Source: Bacteroidales bacterium (lineage in GTDB: Bacteria > Bacteroidota > Bacteroidia > Bacteroidales > UBA932). From it: a DNA stretch of 58,238 bases. Of the stretch, positions 1-10,343 are shown in pieces (within the stretch, counting starts at the first letter, position 1; the number at the start of each line of letters is the position of its first letter). Made by a program: the position numbers and the translations under genes. The notes below the pieces were generated by a model that was given only the letters and a program-made list of their open reading frames with translations, was not told the origin of the DNA and did not search any database. The stretch lies in contig JAEDLE010000001.1 of assembly GCA_016295455.1 (NCBI GenBank), positions 1 through 58,238 on the forward strand, in the 5' to 3' direction.

Positions 1-52
1 GCGCACTACGTTCGGGACGTAGGGGTCGTCCGTTCGAGTCGGATCATCCCGA
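1..52 (+). tRNA. tRNA-Pro(CGG), 5'-truncated by window edge
   Basis: Anticodon arm CTACG-TTCGGGA-CGTAG, T-arm GTCCG-TTCGAGT-CGGAT, acceptor 3' strand CATCCCG-A. Confidence 0.93.
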
Positions 53-56
53 CAAC

Positions 57-89
57 AAAACAGGGAGGTTGAATCAACCTCCCTGTTTT
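57..89. terminator. Bidirectional intrinsic terminator between tRNA-Pro and convergent porin gene
   Basis: AAAACAGGGAGGTTGA-A-TCAACCTCCCTGTTTT perfect inverted repeat with A/T tails. Confidence 0.85.
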
Positions 90-109
90 CATATACACTT
101 GCCTGTCCG

Positions 110-1375
110 CTAGAAAGCGTATTTTGCCATCAGCTGAAGGCGGTTGTTGGACACCCAGTGGAGATCCTCGGTGGCAAGTGCACGCTTGTCGTTGGCACCG
201 AATTTACCATATTCAACGCTGGTAAGCTCATACTCGAGAGCGAAGGTCACCTTTCCGAGGTTGTAGATGACGGCCGGGGTGAGCCTCCACATCTGATTCA
301 TGTTCTTGTAGCTGTTCTTGCTGAAGTAGATCATGTCGTGGGAGAGTATGTCCTCGGCAGTTCCGAAATTCTTCACATAACCCGCGAAGAGCACGCCCTG
401 GAGCTTCTTTCCGTACTTGAGGCTGATCCAGGATGAAGAGTTTCGCGTAGGAAGATAATCCCAGCTTCCATCCGTATTCATCTTGCTTACAGCATATCCG
501 CCGTTGAGGTTGAAATGCTCACCTGCCTGAGCAAGGATGGTCTTGAACTTCACGGAGAAGAGGTCCTTGCTGTACTGGGCATATGCGAACAGGGATGCAG
601 TGGTGATCCTGTCGTTCACACGCTCCGCACCGGCGGCATATGCACCGTTGGCGGTATTGTAGGCCCTAGGCCTGATCGAGAGCACATTAGCTCCGATGCG
701 TCCGACGAAACCGCCTTCCTTCACATTGAGTCCGAGATAGAACTCCGGGGTGCAGCCGTACTTGATGTAGTTCGCGCTGGCGCCTGCAGGGCCGGCGGAA
801 GTGTACTGCATCTGCCATATGCCGGCAGCAGTGAGACTGAGTGCATCAGAAAGCCTCAGGTCAGCGCTGGCAAGCGGGGTACGTGAGAAAGGTCCGAAAG
901 GAGCTCCGGTGTTGAGGCTGGTCACATCCGGCATATCCGCTGCCATAGGATGCCAAGCCTGTCCGATCTTGAATGACCAGTCGTTCTTCGCGAGTGTCAT
1001 ATATGCCTGACGGAGACGAAAGGTTGCAGTTCCGGTCACGCCGCTGACTCCGCTGTAGAAGTCGGCCTCGATCTTCGCTCCTGCCTTCCAGCCTGAAATC
1101 TCATATCCGCTGACATCCACGCCCAGACGGGAGGTGAGGGCGGCGAAACGGAAGGTTCCGACCTGATAAGGATCAGCCTCTGAAGTTCCGCTGTTCGGAT
1201 TGTCATATGGAAGATAGTAGAAGAAGTCCTCGGTGCCGGACTTGCCCTCGTGTGTGTCGTAGGTGAAGTAGTTTCTGATGAAACCGTACCACTTGAGCTG
1301 TGGCTTCGACTCCTGTGCTGACATCGCAAGTACAGGAAGCAGCAATGCTGCGATTGCTAGATTCAGTCTTTTCAT
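110..1375 (-). CDS. Outer-membrane porin, DcaP-like beta-barrel
   Basis: Signal peptide MKRLNLAIAALLLPVLAMSA; SRLG...IEADF...RLRQAY...IGQAW motifs of DcaP-like porins; C-terminal Phe (KYAF); start moved to ATG 1375. Confidence 0.7.
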   Translation of the reverse strand: MKRLNLAIAALLLPVLAMSAQESKPQLKWYGFIRNYFTYDTHEGKSGTEDFFYYLPYDNPNSGTSEADPYQVGTFRFAALTSRLGVDVSGYEISGWKAGAKIEADFYSGVSGVTGTATFRLRQAYMTLAKNDWSFKIGQAWHPMAADMPDVTSLNTGAPFGPFSRTPLASADLRLSDALSLTAAGIWQMQYTSAGPAGASANYIKYGCTPEFYLGLNVKEGGFVGRIGANVLSIRPRAYNTANGAYAAGAERVNDRITTASLFAYAQYSKDLFSVKFKTILAQAGEHFNLNGGYAVSKMNTDGSWDYLPTRNSSSWISLKYGKKLQGVLFAGYVKNFGTAEDILSHDMIYFSKNSYKNMNQMWRLTPAVIYNLGKVTFALEYELTSVEYGKFGANDKRALATEDLHWVSNNRLQLMAKYAF

Positions 1376-1389
1376 TGTACACAATTGAT

Positions 1390-1424
1390 AAAAAGCCTCC
1401 CGGGCCGTGAATTCCGGGAGGCTT
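1390..1424 (-). terminator. Terminator-like hairpin between DASS transporter and porin genes
   Basis: AAGCCTCCCGG/CCGGGAGGCTT stem followed by T-run on minus strand. Confidence 0.6.
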
Positions 1425-1437
1425 CGGGTTCAGGTAA

Positions 1438-2892
1438 TTATACTGTAGCGAAAGGGAAGATCTTGGTCAACCAGAAGAAACCAATCACGAAACCGATGAT
1501 TCCGACGATGATACCGATCTTGGACATTTCGCTGGTAGATACGAGTCCGGTAGAGGATGCGATGGCATTCGGTGGTGTGGAAATCGGGAAGAGCATCGCG
1601 ATGGATGCGCAGACAGCGATGAATGAAATCATTGCGTGAGTACCGCCGAGAGCCACGAACGCCGCATTGTTGGCAGCTGCCGGATCAGCCATACCCTCGG
1701 CTACCACGATGAGGATAGGGATGAGCAGAGCCGCGGTAGCGGAGTTGCTGATGAAGTTGGAAAGGAAGTAGCAGACTACGCCGGCTACAAGGAACACCAG
1801 GAGCACAGGCATGGTTCCGAAAGGAATGGCCTGGATGAGCACCTTGGCGAGGCCGCTGCCCTGGAGCGCCGTTCCGAGCGCGAAACCGCCGGCCACGAGC
1901 CAGAGGACGGTCCAGTTGATTTCCTTGATGTCGTCCTTGGTGAATATGCCGGTAGCGCAGAGCACTGCCAGAGGAATGAGGGCGACAACATTGGAGTTGA
2001 CGTGATGTATCTGCTCGGTAGCCCAGAGGAGTATGGTGCCGATGAAGGTAACCCATACCACGGTGGTCTTCCAGTCTTTCTCGCGCTTGTTCTCAGGAAT
2101 CTCAAGCACGACCTTGTCGGACTTGAACGGGAAGAGGATCTGGAGCAGCACCCATGCGATGACAATCATTATGAGCACGTAAGGAATCATACGTACAGCC
2201 CACTCCACGAAGTTCACTTCATATCCTGCCTCGGCAAGGAACTTGACGGCGGTAGCGTTCGGAGGGGTTCCGATAGGGGTTCCTATACCACCGAGGTTCG
2301 CTGCTACAGGTATGGCCAGGGCGAGACCTATGCGGCCCTTGTCGTCCTTAGGGAGCACGGCAAGCACAGGAGCAAGGAAAGCGAGCATCATGGCTGCGGT
2401 AGCGGTGTTGCTCATGAACATGGAGAATACCGCGATGACCAGAAGGAAGCCGAGGAGCACCATCTTGGGGTTGGTGCCGAAAGGCTTGAGGAGGAACCTC
2501 GCCATTGTCACGTCAAGACCGTACTTCTCCGCCATGATTGCGAGGACGAAACCTCCGAGGAAGAGCATGACCACAGGATCGGCGAATGAGGCCATAAGGG
2601 ACTTGTAATCCACAAGCTGGCCGAATTCAGGCTTGCAAAGGAAGCCCAGACCCTTGTTCGAAACCATAAGGAGGGAAAGGACTATCACCAGAAGTGAGGT
2701 TGTCCAGTTCGGGATGATCTCGAACATCCACATGAGAGCCGCGAACACGAAGAGAGCGATGACTCTCTGCTGAACGGCGGTAAGTGCTTCAATACCAAAG
2801 AAACTGGTCGGCACTGCAAGAAGGAAGATTGTGACTATCAGCACTATAGGCAGAAGTACACAAAACTTCATGTTCAGTTTTTTAGTTGACAT
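1438..2892 (-). CDS. SLC13/DASS family di-/tricarboxylate (or sulfate) transporter
   Basis: Many TM helices; hairpin motifs SMFMSNTATAA, GTPIGTPPN, NFISNSATAA, PISTPPNA. Confidence 0.9.
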   Translation of the reverse strand: MSTKKLNMKFCVLLPIVLIVTIFLLAVPTSFFGIEALTAVQQRVIALFVFAALMWMFEIIPNWTTSLLVIVLSLLMVSNKGLGFLCKPEFGQLVDYKSLMASFADPVVMLFLGGFVLAIMAEKYGLDVTMARFLLKPFGTNPKMVLLGFLLVIAVFSMFMSNTATAAMMLAFLAPVLAVLPKDDKGRIGLALAIPVAANLGGIGTPIGTPPNATAVKFLAEAGYEVNFVEWAVRMIPYVLIMIVIAWVLLQILFPFKSDKVVLEIPENKREKDWKTTVVWVTFIGTILLWATEQIHHVNSNVVALIPLAVLCATGIFTKDDIKEINWTVLWLVAGGFALGTALQGSGLAKVLIQAIPFGTMPVLLVFLVAGVVCYFLSNFISNSATAALLIPILIVVAEGMADPAAANNAAFVALGGTHAMISFIAVCASIAMLFPISTPPNAIASSTGLVSTSEMSKIGIIVGIIGFVIGFFWLTKIFPFATV

Positions 2893-2941
2893 GTCGTATA
2901 TTATTTGAATTATATTCTTCAGCAGAAGGTCATATGACTAG

Positions 2942-2949
2942 CAAAGTTA
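2942..2949 (-). promoter_or_regulatory. Bacteroidetes sigma-A -7 element (TAACTTTG) for DASS transporter
   Basis: Match to TAnnTTTG 50 bp upstream of start. Confidence 0.6.
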
Positions 2950-3067
2950 GGAAATATATTTGTCATTCGGAAACCTACGGCCACCCAAAATGCTCTGCCC
3001 CGAAGGCGCATGCCAAGAGACAGGGATCAGGGCCGGCAGGCGAACCAAAAAGTCTGACCGCCAAATG

Positions 3068-3094
3068 AAAAAGGCCGGCCGTTTCCGGCCAGCC
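3068..3094 (-). terminator. Intrinsic terminator of gdh
   Basis: GGCTGGCCG-GAAA-CGGCCGGCC-TTTTT on minus strand. Confidence 0.8.
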
Positions 3095-3125
3095 CCATGG
3101 ATATGAGTTCCGCTGTAGAAGTTTT

Positions 3126-4469
3126 CTAGATAGTTCCCTGCTCAAGCATAGCCTGTGCGACCTTCATGAAACCGGCGATGTTCGCGCCCTTCACATAGTC
3201 CACACGACCGTCAGGCTGGGTACCGAACTTGACGCACTGCTCGTGGATGCTCTGCATGATGAAGTGGAGCTTGTCATCCACCTCCTGTGCAGACCAGCTG
3301 ATGTGGCTTGCATTCTGGGTCATTTCGAGGCCTGAAGTAGCTACGCCGCCGGCGTTGACAGCCTTACCTGGAGCGAAGAGTATGCCGTTGTTCTGGAAAT
3401 AGTGGATAGCACCAGGCTGGCAACCCATATTGGAAACCTCACAGCAGCACCAGCAGCCGTTGGCAACGAGTTCCTTCGCGTCATCCTCGCTGAGCTCATT
3501 CTGGAATGCGCAAGGAAGAGCGATGTCGCAAGGGATGCACCATGACTTCTTGCCTGCGGTGAAATGAGCCTTGTCAGGGAATCTGGTAGCCATATCCTCC
3601 ACCATATTGCGGTTGGAAGCCCTCATCTCAAGCATGTAGTCGATCATCTCTGAAGTGATTCCGTCAGGAATATGGCAAACGCCGTCCGGTCCGGAGATAG
3701 CTACGACCTTTGCGCCGAGCTGGGTAGCCTTGGTGGCTGCGCCCCATGCGACGTTACCGAAGCCTGAGAGAGCGACCTTCTTGCCTTCGATGGACTTGCC
3801 GGCCTTGTCAAGCACGTGGTGTACGAAGTAGAGGGCACCGAAGCCTGTTGCCTCAGGACGGAGGATTGAACCGCCCCAGGTGCCGCCCTTTCCGGTGAGG
3901 ACACCGGTATTGTACTGGCGTGCAAGCTTCTTGTACATACCGTAGAGATAACCGATCTCACGGCCGCCCACACCTACGTCACCTGCAGGGATATCCTGGT
4001 CAGGACCGATGCAGTTCCAGAGCTCAAGCATGAAAGCCTGGCAGAAACGCATGATTTCGTCATTTGACTTTCCGACAGGGTCGAAATCCGAACCACCCTT
4101 CGCACCGCCCATAGGGAGAGTGGTGAGCGCGTTCTTGAAAGTCTGCTCGAATCCGAGGAACTTGAGCATTGAAGGGGTCACAGCCTTGTGGAAGCGGAGA
4201 CCACCCTTATATGGTCCAATGGCGCTGTTGAACTGAATACGGTAACCGAGGTTGGTCTGAACCTCACCCTTGTCGTCAACCCAGGTGACACGGAAAGTGA
4301 AAATACGGTCCGGCTCGACCATACGCTCTACAATCTTAGCCTTCTCGTACTCAGGATGCTGGTTGTAGACTTCCTCGATAGACTCGAGAACCTCCTGAAC
4401 GGCCTGAAGATACTCCTTCTCATTAGGATACTTGGCCTGGAGTTTCGCCATTATAACTTCTGTCTTCAT
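3126..4469 (-). CDS. gdh: Glutamate dehydrogenase, probably NAD-specific (GdhB-like)
   Basis: GPYKGGLRFH, GGAKGG, DIPAGD, PGKAVNAGGV; SGFGNVAWGA and ISGPDG resemble NAD-specific enzymes. Confidence 0.95.
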   Translation of the reverse strand: MKTEVIMAKLQAKYPNEKEYLQAVQEVLESIEEVYNQHPEYEKAKIVERMVEPDRIFTFRVTWVDDKGEVQTNLGYRIQFNSAIGPYKGGLRFHKAVTPSMLKFLGFEQTFKNALTTLPMGGAKGGSDFDPVGKSNDEIMRFCQAFMLELWNCIGPDQDIPAGDVGVGGREIGYLYGMYKKLARQYNTGVLTGKGGTWGGSILRPEATGFGALYFVHHVLDKAGKSIEGKKVALSGFGNVAWGAATKATQLGAKVVAISGPDGVCHIPDGITSEMIDYMLEMRASNRNMVEDMATRFPDKAHFTAGKKSWCIPCDIALPCAFQNELSEDDAKELVANGCWCCCEVSNMGCQPGAIHYFQNNGILFAPGKAVNAGGVATSGLEMTQNASHISWSAQEVDDKLHFIMQSIHEQCVKFGTQPDGRVDYVKGANIAGFMKVAQAMLEQGTI

Positions 4470-4520
4470 GATTTTAGTGAATGATATTTAGTGTTTGATG
4501 ACTATATCGTTTTAGCACCG

Positions 4521-4528
4521 CAAATCTA
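4521..4528 (-). promoter_or_regulatory. Sigma-A -7 element (TAGATTTG) for gdh
   Basis: TAnnTTTG match 52 bp upstream of ATG. Confidence 0.6.
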
Positions 4529-4562
4529 CTAATAAAAAGTAGGAAAACAACAAATTCGGAAC

Positions 4563-4602
4563 AAAAAAGAGGAATGCATTAAACATCCGTAATGCATTCC
4601 CC
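4563..4602 (-). terminator. Terminator of nadK-uppS-bamA-skp operon
   Basis: GGAATGCATTA/TAATGCATTCC stem followed by T-run on minus strand. Confidence 0.7.
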
Positions 4603-4624
4603 TCGAGTTGTCAAAAAAATCTCA

Positions 4625-5188
4625 CTACTGCCTTGCCTGCTGCGCCGCAAGAAGTTCCTCCTGGAGGGATTCGATTGTCCTTCCCTCAGGGATGTTGAGC
4701 GCCTTCCTCGCCGCAGGGGTGAGGTCGGTGCACTGGTTCTTGTCCAGATAGAGCACTGAAGAAACCTCGAACACACAGGTGTAGCCGCCGTCCTTTGCGA
4801 GCTGCTCCACGGTCTGGAGAGCCTTCTCCTGGATAGGGGCCATCAGGGACTGCTGTGACTGCTGAAGCTCTGCGGAAGCGGTCTGCTGGAACTCCTGGAT
4901 CCTGTTCTGGATGTCGGTGAGTTCCTTCTCCTTGCTCTCCTTGACTGATGCGGTCCAGGTGGAAGACTTCTGCTGATACTGGGAGTACTTGGTCTGGAAC
5001 TCCTCGATCATTCCCTGATAGGTCTCCTCGAACTCAAGGCTCTGAGCGTCTATCTGCGCGCGCGCCTGGTCAGCTTCAGGCATGAGCTGCACAAGCTCTG
5101 TGTAGTTTACATAGGCGAATTTTGCGCCCTGTGCCGATGCCGCGAAAGAAAGCGCAGCCGCAGCGATGATGAGAAAAATCTTTTTCAT
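4625..5188 (-). CDS. skp: OmpH/Skp periplasmic chaperone
   Basis: Signal peptide, KFAYVN start, Gln/Glu-rich coiled coil, DLT near C-terminus; directly downstream of bamA. Confidence 0.88.
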   Translation of the reverse strand: MKKIFLIIAAAALSFAASAQGAKFAYVNYTELVQLMPEADQARAQIDAQSLEFEETYQGMIEEFQTKYSQYQQKSSTWTASVKESKEKELTDIQNRIQEFQQTASAELQQSQQSLMAPIQEKALQTVEQLAKDGGYTCVFEVSSVLYLDKNQCTDLTPAARKALNIPEGRTIESLQEELLAAQQARQ

Positions 5189-5211
5189 GTTATGTACTGT
5201 TTTATAATTTG

Positions 5212-7806
5212 TCAGAATTCCTGTCCGATGATGAAGTGGAACTGGCTGCCGCCGTTTGTTGCGTCATCGAAACCGTAGCCCCAGTCAAGACCGAGGAGGC
5301 CGATCATAGGCAGGTATATCCTCACGCCGACACCGGCAGACCTCTTGATCTGGAACGGATTGAAGTCCCTTATGTCAGACCAGCAGTTACCTCCCTCGAG
5401 GAACGCCAGCGCGAATATGGTGGAGCTGGGCTGCATCACGAGCGGATAACGCAGCTCGAGCGTGAACTTGTCATACAGGTTTCCGGAATAAGCCATTCCC
5501 TGACTGTTGTACTGGGAATATGTCTTCGGGGTGAGAGAGTAGTTCTCGTAACCGCGGAGCGAGATGACCTCGGTACCGTAGGTGCTGTAACCGGTCATAC
5601 CGTCACCTCCGACCCAGAAGCCCTCGAAAGGAGAATAGCCCCACTTCCTGTTGTAGTAACCCAGATAACCGAACTGGAACCTGGTCCTGAGGACGAGATT
5701 GCCCACGATCTTCTGGTAGAAATCAGCCTTGAGCGACCACTTGTGGTACTCGATCCATTTGTAGCGGTCACGCGCGGACCAGTTGTCATAGTTCACGTCC
5801 TTGTAGCTGGAAACCGCAAACCTGTTGCCGTCCTGGTCGATGTCATGTTTCCTGAAGAGGGAATATGGCGGTGTGAGCGATACCGAGAAGGACACGTTCT
5901 CACCCGAACGCGGGAAGAGCTGCTGGTCAGTCGAGTTCCTCGAGAGACCGAGGGTGTAGCTCAGGTTGTGGGCTATACCGTCATCGAAGATGAAATAGTT
6001 CTCATACCAGTTGGTAAGCTCATAAGTCTGCCAGTTCAACTGGTTGTAGAGCACGAAATAGTTGTCAGGCCACTTCAGACGCTTTCCCAGACCGGCGGAG
6101 AAGCCGTAAATCTCCATCTCCTTGTCGTGGCTGAGTATGTTCAGGGCCAGATATGAGTTGGTCTGCCTGGTATAATATGCCGACAGGCTGAGCGAAGTAG
6201 GTTCCTTGCCGAAGAGCCAAGGCTCCGAGAAGCTGGCCGAGAGCGCCGTGTAGTACGTACCGCTGGTCTGGAAACGGAACGCAAGGTTCTGCGCATCTCC
6301 GAGAGGCACCGGTCTCCACGCCGACTTGTCGAAGAAACGCCTGGTGGAGAAATTGTTGAAGCTGACTCCCGCCGTAGCGACGAAAGTCCTTCCACCCCAA
6401 CCTCCGGAAAGTTCCAGCTGGCTGGAAGGCTTCTCCGTCACGTTGTATATGATGTCGACCGTATTGCTGTTCGGGTCAGGCATGAGGGAATATCCTCCCT
6501 CACCCATAATTGCCTCAGGGTCGAACTGGCCCAAAGAAGCGATTTCCCTTATCGAGCGCTCGAAATCGGTCTGGCTGAAGAGATGGCCCGGCTTGGTGAA
6601 CAGCTGCCTTCTGACCACCCTCTCGTTCGTAAGGTCATTTCCGTTTATGATGATGTTGTTGAGAGTGGCAGGCTTGCCCTCCACTATCCTCATCTCCACA
6701 TCCACGGAATCACCCTCGATGCAGACCTCCACCGGAGTCACGTCGAAGAAGAGATAACCGTTGTCACGGTAAATCTTGGACACGTCCATCTCATTCTGCT
6801 TTCCGCCGCCGGTAAGCCTCTTGCGCATGGTCACCAGGTCATACACGTCCCCCTTCTTGATCTGGAGAACGGAATTCAGCTGGTCGGAGTCATATACCGA
6901 GTTACCGGTCCAGGTGATGTTCCTGAAATAGTACTTGCGGCCCTTGTCCACATTCAGGTCGATTCCGAGCCTGCCCGGCTCCACATAATATATGGAGTCG
7001 TTCACCAGACGCGCGTCACGGTAACCCGCCTCATTATATGCCGCTATGAGCTCCTTCTTGTCATTCGGATACTCCTTTTCACTGAATTTCTTGGTATGAA
7101 AGAAGTTGTAAATCTTGCGGGACTTGGTCTTCTTCATCGACTTGGCCAGTTTGAACTCGCTGATGTCCTCAGGCCTGCCGTTGAAATTAATTTCACGTAT
7201 CCTGACCTTCTCTCCCCTGTCGACTATGAAATTGACCCTGATGGCATTCTTGACCATGGTGTCCTTCTTGACCTCGGTCCTCACCTCCGCATTCATGAAG
7301 CCCTTCTCCTTGAAATAGCGCTTGATGATGTCGATGGTGGTCTTCTCGACATATTCGGAGAACTCCCGTCCGCGGCGGAGTCCCGTCCTTTCCTCGATTT
7401 CCTTCTTCTCTCCGCTCTTTATCCCGGAATATATCCACTGGGACACGCGGGGACGCTCCTCGATCTTTATGCGCAGCCACACCGAGTCCCTTGCCGCGGA
7501 AAGCGAATCCACCTCGATGGAAACGTTCTGGAAATACCTCTGCTGCCAGAGCCTGTTCACGATGGCAGAAGCCTGCTCACCCGGAATCTCCAGCTCCATC
7601 CCCTCACGCAGACCCGAAAGCTGCAGAATCTGGTCCTTTCCCAGATAGGTATTGCCTTCCACCTCCACGCCGCCGAGTATATAAGGCTTCGGATGGTCAT
7701 AGTCCACGTTGAACTCCTCCTTCCCGCCCTGGGCATATGCCGACAGGGACGACAGGAGCAAAAAGGCCGATGCAAGGAATATGATTATGTCGAAATGTCT
7801 GGTCAT
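5212..7806 (-). CDS. bamA: Outer membrane protein assembly factor BamA
   Basis: POTRA repeats, ISLRGY loop-6 motif, GLDWGYG, C-terminal IGQEF; start uncertain (7806 ATG or 7836 TTG). Confidence 0.95.
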   Translation of the reverse strand: MTRHFDIIIFLASAFLLLSSLSAYAQGGKEEFNVDYDHPKPYILGGVEVEGNTYLGKDQILQLSGLREGMELEIPGEQASAIVNRLWQQRYFQNVSIEVDSLSAARDSVWLRIKIEERPRVSQWIYSGIKSGEKKEIEERTGLRRGREFSEYVEKTTIDIIKRYFKEKGFMNAEVRTEVKKDTMVKNAIRVNFIVDRGEKVRIREINFNGRPEDISEFKLAKSMKKTKSRKIYNFFHTKKFSEKEYPNDKKELIAAYNEAGYRDARLVNDSIYYVEPGRLGIDLNVDKGRKYYFRNITWTGNSVYDSDQLNSVLQIKKGDVYDLVTMRKRLTGGGKQNEMDVSKIYRDNGYLFFDVTPVEVCIEGDSVDVEMRIVEGKPATLNNIIINGNDLTNERVVRRQLFTKPGHLFSQTDFERSIREIASLGQFDPEAIMGEGGYSLMPDPNSNTVDIIYNVTEKPSSQLELSGGWGGRTFVATAGVSFNNFSTRRFFDKSAWRPVPLGDAQNLAFRFQTSGTYYTALSASFSEPWLFGKEPTSLSLSAYYTRQTNSYLALNILSHDKEMEIYGFSAGLGKRLKWPDNYFVLYNQLNWQTYELTNWYENYFIFDDGIAHNLSYTLGLSRNSTDQQLFPRSGENVSFSVSLTPPYSLFRKHDIDQDGNRFAVSSYKDVNYDNWSARDRYKWIEYHKWSLKADFYQKIVGNLVLRTRFQFGYLGYYNRKWGYSPFEGFWVGGDGMTGYSTYGTEVISLRGYENYSLTPKTYSQYNSQGMAYSGNLYDKFTLELRYPLVMQPSSTIFALAFLEGGNCWSDIRDFNPFQIKRSAGVGVRIYLPMIGLLGLDWGYGFDDATNGGSQFHFIIGQEF

Positions 7807-7836
7807 CTTGTAGTACTGAGAATGCAAATATAGCAA

Positions 7837-8535
7837 TTATTTGACTTTACCGTATCGTCTGTCCCTCGAGGCATAGCTGTCCAGGGCCCTGTCCAGTTCC
7901 TCGCGTCCGAAATCAGGCCAGAGAGTGTCGGTGAAGTAGAACTCCGAATATGCGCCCTGCCAGAGCAGGTAATTGCTGATACGCTGCTCCCCGGAGGTCC
8001 TGATGATCAGGTCCGGGTCAGGTATGCCGGCAGTGACCAGATATGAACTGAAATCCTCCATTGTGAGTGATGCCGCGTCCTGAGGACGTTCCAGGGCGAT
8101 GCGCCTGGCGGCCTGGAGTATGTCCCAGCGCCCGCTGTAGCTGAGGAAGACGATAAGGTCCAGCCTGTCGTTGGAGGCTGTCATGGACTCAAGCTGCGCA
8201 ATGGCTTCCCTCAGTTCGGGAGCGATACGTTCCATATTGCCCAGGACCCTGAAACGGACCCCGTTTGCCAGAAGGCTCTCCATTTCGTCAAAAATGGACT
8301 TATGCATAAGCTGCATCAGGAATCCGACCTCCGCTGCAGGACGGTTCCAGTTCTCCTCAGAAAAGGCATATACCGAAAAATACCGCACGCCCCTGGCTAT
8401 GCACTGCTCCACGCATTCGCGGACGCGGCGTACGCCTTCAACGTGCCCGTTGACCCTTTCTTTTCCCTGCCTCTGAGCCCAACGGCCGTTTCCGTCCATT
8501 ATGGCAGAGACGTGAACAGGTATTGATTTCTCCAT
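7837..8535 (-). CDS. uppS: Undecaprenyl diphosphate synthase
   Basis: IMDGNGRWA, AFSEENWNRP, DLIIRTSGEQRISNYLLWQ. Confidence 0.97.
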   Translation of the reverse strand: MEKSIPVHVSAIMDGNGRWAQRQGKERVNGHVEGVRRVRECVEQCIARGVRYFSVYAFSEENWNRPAAEVGFLMQLMHKSIFDEMESLLANGVRFRVLGNMERIAPELREAIAQLESMTASNDRLDLIVFLSYSGRWDILQAARRIALERPQDAASLTMEDFSSYLVTAGIPDPDLIIRTSGEQRISNYLLWQGAYSEFYFTDTLWPDFGREELDRALDSYASRDRRYGKVK

Positions 8536-9362
8536 CAGATTTCCGTGTTTCTAATGTCTTCACCCCAGAAAAGCTTGCTCGTGAGAGCCTTCACGAACTC
8601 CGATTTTGCAAGCCGGATGCGCTTGAGCGAAAACTGTGCCACGGAGACGTTTATGGTCCAGGCCGGGTCTATCTCGACAGTCTGGTTGTCCATCGTGAGT
8701 ATGGCCTTGTCATCCCTGCACTGTATTGATATGGAAATCTTTGCAGACTCCGGAACCACCAGCGGCCTGACGTTCAGGTTATGCGGAGCTATAGGCGTGA
8801 TGATCAGCACCTTCGCGTCCGGCATACAGATAGGGCCGCCCACGCTCAGGGAATATGCCGTCGAGCCGGAGCTGGTAGCCACCAGCAGACCGTCGGCCCA
8901 GTAGGTAGGCAGGGTGTCCCCGTCCACGGTCACATTGATTCCGAGCACCGCCGTGCCCTTCCTGTGCAATGAAACCTCATTCACCGCATATGGCAGCAGG
9001 CCTATGTCCCTGCGGGCGTTCCTGCCCTTGAGGGTGGCGTTCAGCATGGTCCTGTATTCCACGGTGAAATCTCCGCTGAGCAGCGCCGGAACGACTGAAT
9101 CGAGACTGTTTTCAGAGAGGAATCCCAGCCTTCCGAGATTCACGCCGAGTATGGGAAGACCGACATCTGCCACGAGCTGGGCGGCAAGTATGAAGGTTCC
9201 GTCGCCTCCTATGCTCAGGACCAGGTCCGTCCCCGGCTGGATGTCCGCCTTTGAATTTATGTCGTAAAGTTCATAAGACTCCCTCCGGAGCTGCGAGACC
9301 AGGTTCAGGAACCTGCTGTCCGTCCTGAGGGCGTCATTTCTGATGACTGTTCCAAGTTTCAT
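8535..9362 (-). CDS. nadK: NAD kinase
   Basis: GGDGT, GRLGFL, NE, DGLLVATSSGSTAYSLSVGGP. Confidence 0.96.
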   Translation of the reverse strand: MKLGTVIRNDALRTDSRFLNLVSQLRRESYELYDINSKADIQPGTDLVLSIGGDGTFILAAQLVADVGLPILGVNLGRLGFLSENSLDSVVPALLSGDFTVEYRTMLNATLKGRNARRDIGLLPYAVNEVSLHRKGTAVLGINVTVDGDTLPTYWADGLLVATSSGSTAYSLSVGGPICMPDAKVLIITPIAPHNLNVRPLVVPESAKISISIQCRDDKAILTMDNQTVEIDPAWTINVSVAQFSLKRIRLAKSEFVKALTSKLFWGEDIRNTEI

Positions 9363-9443
9363 TTTTCGGTACCGGTTGGTATTTTGGTGGTAAGTCTGTC
9401 ATTCACGCGGGGGCGCATCACGCACACGCTATGAATGAAAGGT

Positions 9444-9493
9444 CAAAATTAGCACATTATTTGTTAAAACTCTCATTTTTATATCTATTTTTG
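9444..9493. promoter_or_regulatory. Divergent sigma-A promoters for nadK operon and pdxJ
   Basis: TAATTTTG on minus (9444-9451) and TATTTTTG on plus (9486-9493). Confidence 0.55.
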
Positions 9494-9572
9494 GAAAATG
9501 AAAACATCCGTCCCTCCGGGGACGCCGAGCGGGGAGTCAGGAGATTCCCACATATGATAAAGCGATACTGCC

Positions 9573-10292
9573 ATGACAAGACTTAGTGTCAACATCAACA
9601 AGATAGCCACGGTGCGCAATGCCAGGGGCGGGAATATGCCCGACGTGGAAAAGGCCGCCGTCGACTGCGAGAACTTCGGTGCCGAAGGCATCACTGTCCA
9701 CCCGAGACCGGATGAGCGCCACATACGCTACTCCGACGTTAGACTCATAAAACCTCTGATACACACCGAGTTCAATATCGAGGGCAACCCTATCCCCTCT
9801 TTCATCGAACTGGTCGAGGAAGTAGTCCCGGCACAGGTAACCATGGTTCCGGACGCAGCTGACGCCATCACCTCGAACGCGGGATGGGACACCATCCGGA
9901 ACGAGGCCTTCCTCACCGAGATGTGCCGAGAGTTCAAGGCCCGCGGAATCCGCACCTCCATATTCGTGGACCCCGACCCGAAAATGGTCGAGGGAGCAGC
10001 TCGCTGCGGAGCCGACAGGGTCGAGCTGTACACGGCGGCATATGCCGAAGATTATCCTTCCGGAAGGGAGGCGGCGATAGCTCCATACCTGAAGGCCGCG
10101 CAGGCGGCGAGGGAATGCGGGCTCGGGCTCAACGCCGGCCACGACCTGAATCTGGACAATCTGAGTTATTTCATCCGCACCATACCTTGGACGGACGAAG
10201 TTTCCATAGGACACGCCATCATTTGCGACGCCCTGTATATGGGGCTGGAGAAAACTATACGGGCATACCTTGAGAAGATTCGGAATTTTTAG
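9573..10292 (+). CDS. pdxJ: Pyridoxine 5'-phosphate synthase
   Basis: [41 protein letters not shown]. Confidence 0.97.
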   Translation: MTRLSVNINKIATVRNARGGNMPDVEKAAVDCENFGAEGITVHPRPDERHIRYSDVRLIKPLIHTEFNIEGNPIPSFIELVEEVVPAQVTMVPDAADAITSNAGWDTIRNEAFLTEMCREFKARGIRTSIFVDPDPKMVEGAARCGADRVELYTAAYAEDYPSGREAAIAPYLKAAQAARECGLGLNAGHDLNLDNLSYFIRTIPWTDEVSIGHAIICDALYMGLEKTIRAYLEKIRNF

Positions 10293-10343
10293 TAGTTTTG
10301 CGTTCTGCATCAAAGAAATCGAAGAAATTTAAGAAAAAACATA

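Noticed and set aside
9495..9572. Possible riboswitch in the pdxJ leader
   Set aside because: GC-rich but no recognisable conserved riboswitch motif; an Rfam scan would be needed.
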